A stretch of 64,000 nucleotides of DNA from Holosporales bacterium (GTDB lineage: Bacteria > Pseudomonadota > Alphaproteobacteria > Holosporales > CAZGKG01), in the NCBI GenBank assembly GCA_044361745.1, contig JBIKIF010000001.1, positions 90,274 to 154,273 on the forward strand, in the 5' to 3' direction. A program made the position numbers and the translations under genes. Below the pieces are notes generated by a model that ran no database searches, was not told where the DNA came from, and saw nothing but the letters and a program-made list of their open reading frames with translations. Positions 47,473 through 56,245 of the stretch are shown here, piece by piece; the stretch's first letter is position 1; each line of letters opens with the position of its first letter.

Positions 47473-48231
47473 TTAGGACACAAGGCGCACATGGTGTGAG
47501 TCCTGCAAAGCTAAGACCTTGTCCCTGTGTCCGTAAAATGGACCTGTCTCTTTTCTGTCCTGTGTTCTCAGGCATTTGATTTCTTCTATAGGAGCCACTT
47601 GCACAAACTGTCCCTGATACAAAACAGCCCCTAGGGTCGCGATCTCCCGTGCTTCTTCGGGCTTCGAGACAATCATAAGAGTTGTGAGCTGAAACGTGTG
47701 GTGCATTTCCTTGAGAAACAGACAAATATTTTCTCTCTCCTCTTCGTTTAAAAAAGCGAACGGCTCATCAAGCAGCAGAAGAGGTTTCTCCCGGAGTAAA
47801 GATCTGGCAATCGCGGTTTTTTGCTGTGCATAGTGTGAAACATTGTCAGGCTTCTGATGCATCAAACTTCCGAGGCCAATAAATTGAAAAAGCTCTGTAA
47901 TCATCGCATGATCTTGATGAGACAAACGCAAAGTAGAACGCAAAGCAAGCGCGACATTGTCGAACAAAGACAAAGAACCGAACAGGTTGTCCTTTTCAAA
48001 GACAATGGTCAGTGGACGCTCTGATGGAAGAAGAGAGCCAAATTCCTCACCTTTCCAGAGCATCTGTCCTTGCGTTGGAATCTCAAAACCCGAAATCACG
48101 TGAAGGAGAGAACTTTTGCCGCTACCACTCTCTCCCAGAATAGCCACAAAAGAATTTTCAGGCGCTATCAGCGTGTAGCTTAAGTTGACTATGGGTCTAG
48201 AAAGTGTCACATCTTTCAGAACGAGCGCCAT
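47473..48231 (-). CDS. orphan ThiQ-like ABC transporter ATP-binding protein with degenerate catalytic motifs
   Basis: Walker A GESGSGKSS and Walker B LLLLDEP are intact. The Q-loop reads IVFEKDNLF, the signature position reads VSHYAQQKTAIARS instead of LSGGQ, and the H-loop position reads IVSKP. I chose the start at MALVLKD (48231). Confidence 0.7.
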   Translation of the reverse strand: MALVLKDVTLSRPIVNLSYTLIAPENSFVAILGESGSGKSSLLHVISGFEIPTQGQMLWKGEEFGSLLPSERPLTIVFEKDNLFGSLSLFDNVALALRSTLRLSHQDHAMITELFQFIGLGSLMHQKPDNVSHYAQQKTAIARSLLREKPLLLLDEPFAFLNEEERENICLFLKEMHHTFQLTTLMIVSKPEEAREIATLGAVLYQGQFVQVAPIEEIKCLRTQDRKETGPFYGHRDKVLALQDSHHVRLVS

Positions 48232-48305
48232 TTCTATTTTCCTTTGTGGACGGTTCATGTCCAGATATTGATTTATTTCAACGGCTTGAGTGTTCAAAAA
48301 AATTC

Positions 48306-48321
48306 TTAAAAAAATGTTAAC
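48306..48321. promoter_or_regulatory. CtrA-box-like motif TTAA-N7-TTAAC
   Basis: TTAAAAAAATGTTAAC in the intergenic region, 75 nt upstream of the ABC-ATPase/fliQ-fliR-flhB transcription unit. Confidence 0.3.
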
Positions 48322-48653
48322 AAGAGGGCTCTCAGACCTTTCCGGAGTTAAAATATTTTTCCTGTGGGTCATTGTTTCTCATCTTTTGGGTGTTCGATTC
48401 GCCATTGTGAAAAATGTGGGGATTTTGATTCTATTTTTTTCGTTCCTATTCAAGCTTTTATTAGGAAACAGGAAATGATGGATTTCAAAAAGTCGTTTAA
48501 ATTTTTAAAAATATTCACAAAGCTTTCAGTGGGAGTGCGTAGCCTTATCAAAAAAATTCTGCACAGAGCCTCACAAGTTATTCACCGAATGTCCTTTCAT
48601 GTATATATTTCTAGAATGACTCTTCTTAGAAACGGAATGAAGGACCTTTTCAG

Positions 48654-49454
48654 ATGAAAAACGGTTGTATGCACACTGCCGGCCCTCACGTTCATACCCG
48701 TGAGGGAATAGTGCTGCTTCATGGCCCTGAAGATTTTGTTTCGATGCGCAGGGCGGGTCAGCTTGCGTCTCAGGTTCTTGATTTTATTCAGCCCCATGTG
48801 AAGCCAGGGAAGACTACAGATGCTTTGAACACCCTTTGCCACGATTTTATTGTTGCAGCGGGAGCAGTTCCGGCGCCTTTAGGATATCGGGGGTTCCCTA
48901 AATCCATCTGTACATCTCTGAACAATGTGGTGTGTCACGGAATCCCTGGAGATGTACATCTCAAATCTGGAGATATTTTAAACATCGATGTGACCGTTAT
49001 TTTGGACGGTTGGCATGGGGATACGAACCGTACATTTTTTGTTGGACCGAGTACCCCCCGCATTGAAAAGCTTGTGAATGTCACCTATGAAGCGATGATG
49101 GCCGGAATCGATCAGGTGAAACCGGGGGCAACTTTGGGTGATATTGGGTATGCTATTCAGACGCTTGCCCATAAGAATGGGTTTTCTGTTGTGGAGGATT
49201 TTTGTGGACATGGGATCGGAAAGCTGTTTCACGATGCGCCTTCCGTTTTGCATTTTGGAAAACCAAACACAGGCCTTGTGCTGCAGCCGGGAATGTTTTT
49301 TACCATAGAGCCTATGATCAATATGGGGAAGGCAGGGACCCGTGTTCTCGCAGATGGATGGACAGCTGTGACACGTGATAGTAGCCTTTCTGCCCAATTC
49401 GAACATACAGTGGCTGTGACCGAAACAGGTGTTGAGATTTTTACCCTCTCTTGA
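48654..49454 (+). CDS. map: type I methionine aminopeptidase
   Basis: VCHGIPG, DVTVILDGWHGD, FCGHGIG and SAQFEHTVAVT motifs. Confidence 0.92.
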   Translation: MKNGCMHTAGPHVHTREGIVLLHGPEDFVSMRRAGQLASQVLDFIQPHVKPGKTTDALNTLCHDFIVAAGAVPAPLGYRGFPKSICTSLNNVVCHGIPGDVHLKSGDILNIDVTVILDGWHGDTNRTFFVGPSTPRIEKLVNVTYEAMMAGIDQVKPGATLGDIGYAIQTLAHKNGFSVVEDFCGHGIGKLFHDAPSVLHFGKPNTGLVLQPGMFFTIEPMINMGKAGTRVLADGWTAVTRDSSLSAQFEHTVAVTETGVEIFTLS

Positions 49455-49473
49455 GCATCGTCTGGAGTCTGCC

Positions 49474-50586
49474 ATGATCAAAAGTCAAGGAATTGTAGGG
49501 CGTTATTGGACGCGTCATCTCGTGTTCACTACGATCGGCGTCACTGTTCTTTTGACTTTAGCAGTCTGGATGACCCAATCTTTAAGATTTATGTCGATGA
49601 TTTTGCTGAAGGGAATCTCTCTTTCGGCTTTTTTCATGTTTATGCTCTGGGTTTTGCCCGATTTGATTTTGTTGACACTTCCCATTGGTTTTCTCGCGAG
49701 CGTTTTGTTCCTCTATAATAAATGGATCGGAGACCACAGTTTTGTTTCTCTGAAAACCATGGGGTGTTCTCCGGTTTTCTTCTTGCGCCCTGTGTTACTG
49801 ATTGGAGGGATCGGAACTTTTTTTCTGTACACCGTGAGTCTCTATCTGATGCCTCTCTCTTTCCAACAATTTCGTCTTCAAGAAAAAGCGTTTCGAAGCC
49901 ATTTTTCTCAAGCGATGATCCATGAGGGGGAATTCAATGCGCTCGGATCCGTCATGGTATACGCCCATGATTGTGAGGGGGATGGGACCATCAAGGGCCT
50001 TTTTGTTTATGATGCCAGAAAAAGTGAAGCGCCCGTCACCTTCATGGCAGAGAAAGCCGTGATCCTGGATGGTTCTTTAGGTCTTCGGATTGTTCTTCAA
50101 AATGGAACCCGAGTGTCGTTGGATAGAGGTCAGGGCATTCCAAGCCTTCTGCAGTTTGATCGCTATACGGTCACGCTCGAGCGTGAGAAAACCGAGCCCT
50201 ATATCCGAAAACCCTACGAGATGTTTCTTCCAGAACTTCTGGATTCTACCTCGAAAGACCGTTCTCGAAATTATTCTGAAGCCTATCAAAGGCTTTTAAT
50301 GCCTCTTTATATGCTGAGTTTTGGAGTTCTCGCGGCTTTAATTCTCATTTGCTCTCCTGAAAGCCGTGGGGGTCGACAAAAAGCAATTCTGATCAGTTGT
50401 GTCAGCGCTTTTGGAATCGAGATTTTCTCTCTTCTGGCGATTCAGTCAGCAGCCCTTGATTTATGGGGGTTCTTGTTGGGGGGAATTCTCACGTGTCTTC
50501 CCCTCTTCTGGGCGCTCTCATTAACCTTGAGGACGCAAAGGACTCTCAAGCGTCTTGGGTCTCACATCCATCTTTATGAAAGCTAA
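49474..50586 (+). CDS. lptF: LPS export ABC transporter permease LptF
   Basis: LptF/LptG family architecture (3 TM, periplasmic beta-jellyroll, 3 TM). First of the pair. ATG at 49474. Confidence 0.8.
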   Translation: MIKSQGIVGRYWTRHLVFTTIGVTVLLTLAVWMTQSLRFMSMILLKGISLSAFFMFMLWVLPDLILLTLPIGFLASVLFLYNKWIGDHSFVSLKTMGCSPVFFLRPVLLIGGIGTFFLYTVSLYLMPLSFQQFRLQEKAFRSHFSQAMIHEGEFNALGSVMVYAHDCEGDGTIKGLFVYDARKSEAPVTFMAEKAVILDGSLGLRIVLQNGTRVSLDRGQGIPSLLQFDRYTVTLEREKTEPYIRKPYEMFLPELLDSTSKDRSRNYSEAYQRLLMPLYMLSFGVLAALILICSPESRGGRQKAILISCVSAFGIEIFSLLAIQSAALDLWGFLLGGILTCLPLFWALSLTLRTQRTLKRLGSHIHLYES

Positions 50587-51703
50587 GAGATTTATGGGGC
50601 TCTGTCTTTTTTCCTATCTTGCGCGGTTGTATCTCCGTTGGTTTGCGGGTGTGCTTGGGGTTTTTAGCTTGTTCGCATTCCTGATAGATTTTTTTGAACT
50701 CCAACGCAGAACGATTGCGGGGTCTCCTCTCTCGATCTTCACAAAATGTTTTTTGGTTTGCTTGAAAATTCCCTTTATTTTAGAGCAACTGATGCCATTT
50801 TTAACGTTTGTCGCAGCGCTTGGGATTTTGTGGCGTTTGAATCATGGAAATGAAATTCTTATTTTGCGCAGTTTTGGACTGTCTTCCTGGCGCATCGCTA
50901 GTCCATTTCTTGCGGTTGCCCTTCTTTTAGGTGTGGTCAACTTAACGGCTTTTCAGCCCTTTAGTGTTTTTCTTTTTCAAAATTATCAGCGCCAGGAAGC
51001 AGAGATTTTTCAACGAAACCCCAGTGCAATTTTCCAGGTTCTTCCTTCTGGGTTTTGGATAAAAAAAAGGAAACAGGGAAAAGATTTTATGTATCATATC
51101 CAGAACATTCGTCCTGAAACTTCTGTGTTAGAAGGGTTTTCAGTGTATGTTCTCGATGAATCTTTAGGTTTTCAGGCGTCCTATAGTGCGCAGAAAGCGG
51201 TTTTATCTTCTCATAAAATTGCGATGACGGATGTATGGATTATGGAAAAAGACGCACCTGTTCAGCATTTAGACTCTCACACCCTGCCACTCCATTTGAC
51301 CTTAAAGGATCTCTACAAGAATAGCCCGAATCCCCAATGGATTAGTTTTTGGAGGCTGCCTTCTTTGATCCGTTGGATGGAGAAAGCGGGTCTTTCTCCC
51401 CACAAATACCAATTGGAGCTTCAGCGCCTGATCGCTTTGAGTGTGTGGTTTTCTGGGATGGTTTTACTGGCCGTCTCTTGTGGGCTGCGTTCTCAAAAAC
51501 GCGGAAGTTCTCTGTTGCTTCTGTTGTGTGGACTTGCGGGATCGTTGGTTTTGTATTTTATTCGAGATGTGGCTTATGCTCTTGGGAGTGCGCGGTATTT
51601 GCCGATGGTTCTCGCGTCATGGACCCCTTGTATTTTGACTTTTTTGATTGCGTTCTTGTTTTTGTTATTTTTAGAAGAGGGGCAAAGGTCCCGTCTTATT
51701 TAG
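50576..51703 (+). CDS. lptG: LPS export ABC transporter permease LptG
   Basis: LptF/LptG family, second of the pair. The start (50576 or 50594) overlaps or abuts the lptF stop. Confidence 0.8.
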   Translation: MKAKRFMGLCLFSYLARLYLRWFAGVLGVFSLFAFLIDFFELQRRTIAGSPLSIFTKCFLVCLKIPFILEQLMPFLTFVAALGILWRLNHGNEILILRSFGLSSWRIASPFLAVALLLGVVNLTAFQPFSVFLFQNYQRQEAEIFQRNPSAIFQVLPSGFWIKKRKQGKDFMYHIQNIRPETSVLEGFSVYVLDESLGFQASYSAQKAVLSSHKIAMTDVWIMEKDAPVQHLDSHTLPLHLTLKDLYKNSPNPQWISFWRLPSLIRWMEKAGLSPHKYQLELQRLIALSVWFSGMVLLAVSCGLRSQKRGSSLLLLLCGLAGSLVLYFIRDVAYALGSARYLPMVLASWTPCILTFLIAFLFLLFLEEGQRSRLI

Positions 51704-51724
51704 GGAGATGCGGATTTGCACGCG

Positions 51725-54010
51725 ATGTTTCGAAGGCTTCTCCTGAAAGGGTCTAGTTTCTGCCTTCTGGTTTTTTTGTCTGATATTTCCCCCACATCTG
51801 CTGCTCAAAAGGGCACTCTTGATCCAGAAAAGGCGGTTGTTTTTTATGCCGATACATTTTCTTACGACAAGATTTTAGGCGTTTGGGTGGCTTCTGGGCA
51901 TGTAGAGTTTTCGCAAGAGGGGCGGACTCTGGAGGCAGATTATTTAACATACAATGAGCAAATGAATCTGGTGACTGCGACCGGTAGTGTGCGCCTGCGA
52001 GAGCCGGAGGGGGAGGTTGTTGAGGCTGATTATGTTGAGCTGACAGGAGATTTGAAAGAAGGTCTTTTAAGAAACGTGAAAGTTTTGATGGCGGACAAAA
52101 GTCGCCTTGTCGCCAATGCGGCGGTTCGGACAGATCAGGGGCGACAGAGCACATTTAAACAAGCTGTTTACAGCCCTTGTTATCCTTGTGCCGAGAAAAA
52201 CAAAGCGCCGACCTGGAAAATTAGTGCGGAGGAAATTACACGCAATGAAGAAAAAAAAGAATTAATTGTCAAGAATCCCTTTCTGGATTTTTTTGGGGTG
52301 ACGGTGGGGTATCTCCCCTTCTTAAGGCTTTCAACCCAACGATCGACGGGGTTCTTGTCTCCAGTCTTTGCGAATTCCACCGCTTTAGGGGTGACAGTTG
52401 GGTTGCCCTATTATTGGGCCATTGACCCGACATCAGATCTGACGGTCACGCCTTTTGTCATGGTGAAGAAAGGGATTTTGGTCGGAGGACAATACAGAAA
52501 AATTTGGGGGAGAACAACGTTTGAGGTAGACGGGAGTGTGAAGAGTCCGTCTTCTCAGAAAATTCCTGTGCCATCCAAGAGCGAACCTGAAAAAAAAGAG
52601 AAAATTCAAGGCCTGAGGGGGCATTTTTTCTTTCGAGGAGAGTCTCATTTAACAGACAAATGGCGTCTCAAGTGGAACGGACTTTATACAAGTGACAAGA
52701 CATATGGGCGGATGTATAGAGAATTGAGTCCATTCAGCCATTGGTGGGCACTTCCTTTTTTGCAATCCGATATTACATTGGAGAGATTCTCTGCCAATGA
52801 CTATTTAAGTGTGTCTGCCATGACATACCAAGGACTCCAAGACAAGGATGAGTCGAAGCATACTCCTCATGTGGCGCCATCTGTTTCTTATCGCAAAACA
52901 ACAGGTCCTCTTTGGAAGGGAAGCTTCGTCACGTTCCAGGGAAATGGGACGTCTTTGTACCGTCGAGAAGGCAATCATTACCAACGATTGATTGCAGAGG
53001 GCGCTTGGACTCTGCCGCACACGTTTTCAGGGGGGCAAATAGTTACAACTTTTGCCAGCGTTCGGGGGGATTTTTATCATACGCGGGTGACAGATCCTCA
53101 CGATCGTAAAAAAGCTCTGTATCAGGGGAATGTGGAACGTTTGTTTCCTCAGGCAGGGGTGTCTTGCCAGTGGCCTTTGCGTTTTGTGAATCATCTGATG
53201 GTGATGACGCCAATGATTCAAATGATTACGTCTCCGAACAAAGATCCCTCTTCAAAAATTCCTGTCGAAGATAGTTCTGGGTTTGAGTTGAATGACGGCA
53301 ATCTTTTCAATCGGAATCGTTTGCCGGGATACGATCGCCTCGATGCTGGAACACGGGCCACTTGGGGGGTCTCTTTTCTTTTCATGGCCCTGAAAAACAC
53401 GCGTTTTTTCTTTGGGCAAAGTCATGCGTTTTCTAAAGTCCCTCAAGATCTTCAAACCAAAGGCCTTCAGGAGAAATCCTCTGATATTGTGGGGCGTGTC
53501 CAGTCGGACCCCCATCCTTGGGTGAGCTTGGATTACCGTTTTCGGTTTTCTTCGAAAAATGGCCGTGCAAGATTTAATGAATTTTTTGCAAAATTGGGTC
53601 CAGAGATCAGTCGCTTGAATGTGAACTATGTTCATGTGCATGGGGGAAAACCTGTTCCGGGTGAACCCCATTTCGTGCGCCCTTTAGAGCAGCTAGGCTT
53701 GGGTGTAAGCTCTCAATTTAATAAAAATTGGATGTGTTCCGTCGATCAAGTCCGCAGCCTTAAAGAGGGGGGTCTGTTATCCCAGAGTGTCGGTGTGACA
53801 TTTAAAAATGAATGTTTAACGGCGCGCTTTAATATAGCGAAAACCTACTATAAAGACCGGGATGTGCGGCCAGGGACAAGTTTTGTCATTCTGGTTTCTT
53901 TTTTAAACATGGGGCAAATTCAACATAATTTTGGAGAGTTTGGAGGTGGTCCTGGAACTTTAAAAAAAGCTGATACAACCCCATTTGCACCCCTCGGTCA
54001 ATTCGGTTAG
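51725..54010 (+). CDS. lptD: LPS-assembly outer membrane protein LptD
   Basis: Signal peptide, an OstA-like N-terminal domain (ADTFSYDKILGVWVASGHVEF...) and a large C-terminal beta-barrel. Confidence 0.85.
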   Translation: MFRRLLLKGSSFCLLVFLSDISPTSAAQKGTLDPEKAVVFYADTFSYDKILGVWVASGHVEFSQEGRTLEADYLTYNEQMNLVTATGSVRLREPEGEVVEADYVELTGDLKEGLLRNVKVLMADKSRLVANAAVRTDQGRQSTFKQAVYSPCYPCAEKNKAPTWKISAEEITRNEEKKELIVKNPFLDFFGVTVGYLPFLRLSTQRSTGFLSPVFANSTALGVTVGLPYYWAIDPTSDLTVTPFVMVKKGILVGGQYRKIWGRTTFEVDGSVKSPSSQKIPVPSKSEPEKKEKIQGLRGHFFFRGESHLTDKWRLKWNGLYTSDKTYGRMYRELSPFSHWWALPFLQSDITLERFSANDYLSVSAMTYQGLQDKDESKHTPHVAPSVSYRKTTGPLWKGSFVTFQGNGTSLYRREGNHYQRLIAEGAWTLPHTFSGGQIVTTFASVRGDFYHTRVTDPHDRKKALYQGNVERLFPQAGVSCQWPLRFVNHLMVMTPMIQMITSPNKDPSSKIPVEDSSGFELNDGNLFNRNRLPGYDRLDAGTRATWGVSFLFMALKNTRFFFGQSHAFSKVPQDLQTKGLQEKSSDIVGRVQSDPHPWVSLDYRFRFSSKNGRARFNEFFAKLGPEISRLNVNYVHVHGGKPVPGEPHFVRPLEQLGLGVSSQFNKNWMCSVDQVRSLKEGGLLSQSVGVTFKNECLTARFNIAKTYYKDRDVRPGTSFVILVSFLNMGQIQHNFGEFGGGPGTLKKADTTPFAPLGQFG

Positions 54011-54025
54011 AATCTCGATGGACGT

Positions 54026-55348
54026 GTGTGTTGTTTTGCTCAAAATCCGATCGACGTCAGGGGATCGAGCTTTCCCGCCTTGAAAATCATAGGACTCATT
54101 AAAATTAAGACTTTTGCTCAAACGCCTCTTCAGAATCGATCTATTCCCTTTGGTTGGGTTGGAGGTCTTCTTGTCTTTGTTTTGGGCATTGTTGAGTGCG
54201 CAACAGACATCTATTTGCCAAGCTTGCCGACCCTGGTGTCAGAGTTCAAAACTACGGAAGAATCGATTGGTCTAACCATTAGCGCCTACTTCTTATCGTT
54301 CTGTTTGATGGGACCCATTTACGGACCTCTCTCGGATGCGTTGGGGCGACGCTATATCTTGATTGCGGGGATTGCTCTGTTCTCCGTTTTTTCGTTCTTT
54401 TGTGCGTTTGCGACCAGTGTCCCCCAGTTGATTATCTACCGAGTTCTCCAAGGAATGGGGGCCAGTGTTGCATGGGTTGTGGGCCTTGCCATTGTGAAGG
54501 ATGTGTACACCGGAAAAGACCGGATTAATATGTTATCTCTCATGGGGACCATGGTGGCGGTTTCTCCTGGGATTGCGCCCATTCTGGGGGGCTATATTAC
54601 GACCTTATGGGGATGGCGTCCCGTTTTTTGGGTGGTGGGAATTTTTTCGACTCTCTCTGTTATTCTTCTCATTTGGCATTTAGACGAAACCCATCCTCCT
54701 GCCAAGCGTCAGAAACTTCAATTCAAAGTAGCGATTCACAATTACAAACGTCTTCTCCAAACCTTCCAATTCTATGGATACGCCCTCATTTCAGCTTTGA
54801 TGTATTCAGGAATTATGATTTATGTAGTGATTAGCCCTTTTTATTATATTGAATACTTGGGAATCTCTACGGAAGTTTTTGGATGTACTCAGGCGGCTCT
54901 GATTCTGGCCTATATGCTGGGGACTTATGTGAACCGTCGTGCCATTCATCATTGGAAAAGCCGGTGGCTTCTGGGCTTTGGATTGCTCTCTGCCCTGGCA
55001 GGAGCCATCATTTTTTCCATCTTCACGTTGCTCTTTCCCAAGTTCCCCGCCCTTCTTACGGCAAGTATGGCGCTGTATTCATTTGGTGCGGGTGTTGTGT
55101 TTTCGAATACGTCGAACTACGCCCTGGAAGCACTTCCAGAAGCGGGAGGAGCGTCGGCCGCTCTTTTAGGGGTTTTTGAAATGACGCTGGTGGCTTTCGG
55201 GGTTTGGCTTGCGGGCATCTTGTATGTCCATTGCTTGTTCCCCATCAGCCTCTGTATTCTGGTCTGTGTTCTTCTCAGTCTGTTTCTTTTGGTGCGTCTT
55301 GAGAAAAAAACCAAAGACCCACTCAGCCCGATGCAAGCGCCGAACTGA
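54026..55348 (+). CDS. MFS transporter, Bcr/CflA drug-resistance subfamily
   Basis: 12-TM MFS. DIYLPSLPTLVSEF, GPLSDALGRR and RVLQGMGAS motifs. The true start is probably downstream of the track GTG. Confidence 0.8.
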   Translation: MCCFAQNPIDVRGSSFPALKIIGLIKIKTFAQTPLQNRSIPFGWVGGLLVFVLGIVECATDIYLPSLPTLVSEFKTTEESIGLTISAYFLSFCLMGPIYGPLSDALGRRYILIAGIALFSVFSFFCAFATSVPQLIIYRVLQGMGASVAWVVGLAIVKDVYTGKDRINMLSLMGTMVAVSPGIAPILGGYITTLWGWRPVFWVVGIFSTLSVILLIWHLDETHPPAKRQKLQFKVAIHNYKRLLQTFQFYGYALISALMYSGIMIYVVISPFYYIEYLGISTEVFGCTQAALILAYMLGTYVNRRAIHHWKSRWLLGFGLLSALAGAIIFSIFTLLFPKFPALLTASMALYSFGAGVVFSNTSNYALEALPEAGGASAALLGVFEMTLVAFGVWLAGILYVHCLFPISLCILVCVLLSLFLLVRLEKKTKDPLSPMQAPN

Positions 55349-55356
55349 GTCAATTA

Positions 55357-55665
55357 TCAGCTAATCATTGGTCCTGATCCATAAGGATTACAAGCTTTTT
55401 GGCATGAGCTGAAGTCTGATGCACATCCAAGGCCACCTCCCAGCATGTTGGAACCAGCGGACACTTCGCATCCCACCATCGTTGAAAAACATCTTTTAAG
55501 GCACTTCTGAGACGATTCAGTTTCTGGTTGGGTATCTTCCGTCCAAGAATGAGGTGATAGAAATGGTATTTTTGAGGAGCTTGAACATTTTTCCAGTAAG
55601 ATCCCTGAAAACACCCCAGAAACAAAGAAAACAACAGAAAGTGACCAAAAAGTACTTTTTTTCAT
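55357..55665 (-). CDS. hypothetical small secreted Cys-rich protein
   Basis: 102 aa. Signal peptide MKKSTFWSLSVVFFVSGVFSG. Eight Cys residues, including CLKRC and SCQKAC. Confidence 0.4.
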   Translation of the reverse strand: MKKSTFWSLSVVFFVSGVFSGILLEKCSSSSKIPFLSPHSWTEDTQPETESSQKCLKRCFSTMVGCEVSAGSNMLGGGLGCASDFSSCQKACNPYGSGPMIS

Positions 55666-55784
55666 GAATCCTCCCCTATTTTAAAGGTCATAAATCATTA
55701 TAACAGATATTTTTTCGTGACGCATCGGCATTTTTAAAAGCGTAATGGAAAGAGGGGGGAAGGCTCAAGGAGGAGAACTTATGA

Positions 55785-56135
55785 AGCAGAGGCTGGGAAC
55801 GCACAGAACACGGGCTCGAATCTATAGACAGCGCTTACCGTGGAGGTTCCATTGAGGAATTTGTGGAGGAGAAGCTTCTGACGAACAAGCGGCAGAAACG
55901 GGCGTATCGGGGCAAGCCGCTCAAGGGGCATCAAAAGCGCGCCAACACATCTCGGGGCAAAGTTCGGGCTAAGATGGAGCCCGTGTTTGCGTGGAACAAA
56001 AACGGGCGACAACGGTTCTAGAGTCCCAGTATTGGCCTGGTGCGTGCGGGATTTGCCATCGGCCCGCACACCTTGATTGATCATATGCGCCGGCTGGCAT
56101 TCTTGTCTTTGAAAGATATTGATTGGAATTCTTGA
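55785..56135 (+). mobile_element. IS5-family (DDE_Tnp_1) transposase C-terminal remnant with internal TAG
   Basis: The frame reads ...IDSAYRGGSIEEFVEEKLL...AYRGKPLKGHQKRANTSRGKVRAKMEPVFAWNKNGRQRF(TAG)SPSIGLVRAGFAIGPHTLIDHMRRLAFL. This matches the D.AY / R.RVEHVF..K / GL.R......L.YN..R pattern of IS5-type transposases. The N-terminal two thirds are absent. Confidence 0.65.
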
Positions 56136-56183
56136 GCCAGACCCCCCTTAAATCAATCTTAAAAAAATATAAAACACCCAAAC

Positions 56184-56205
56184 AAAGGGGAAAAATTCCC
56201 CTTTT
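56184..56205. terminator. bidirectional intrinsic terminator hairpin
   Basis: AAAGGGGAA aaa TTCCCCTTT, a perfect 9-bp stem flanked by A- and T-runs. It lies 3' of the repeat-lipoprotein gene and of the IS remnant. Confidence 0.55.
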
Positions 56206-56245
56206 CAAACATTTTTAGTCTGCCTCTGCAGGTGAAGACTCAGAA

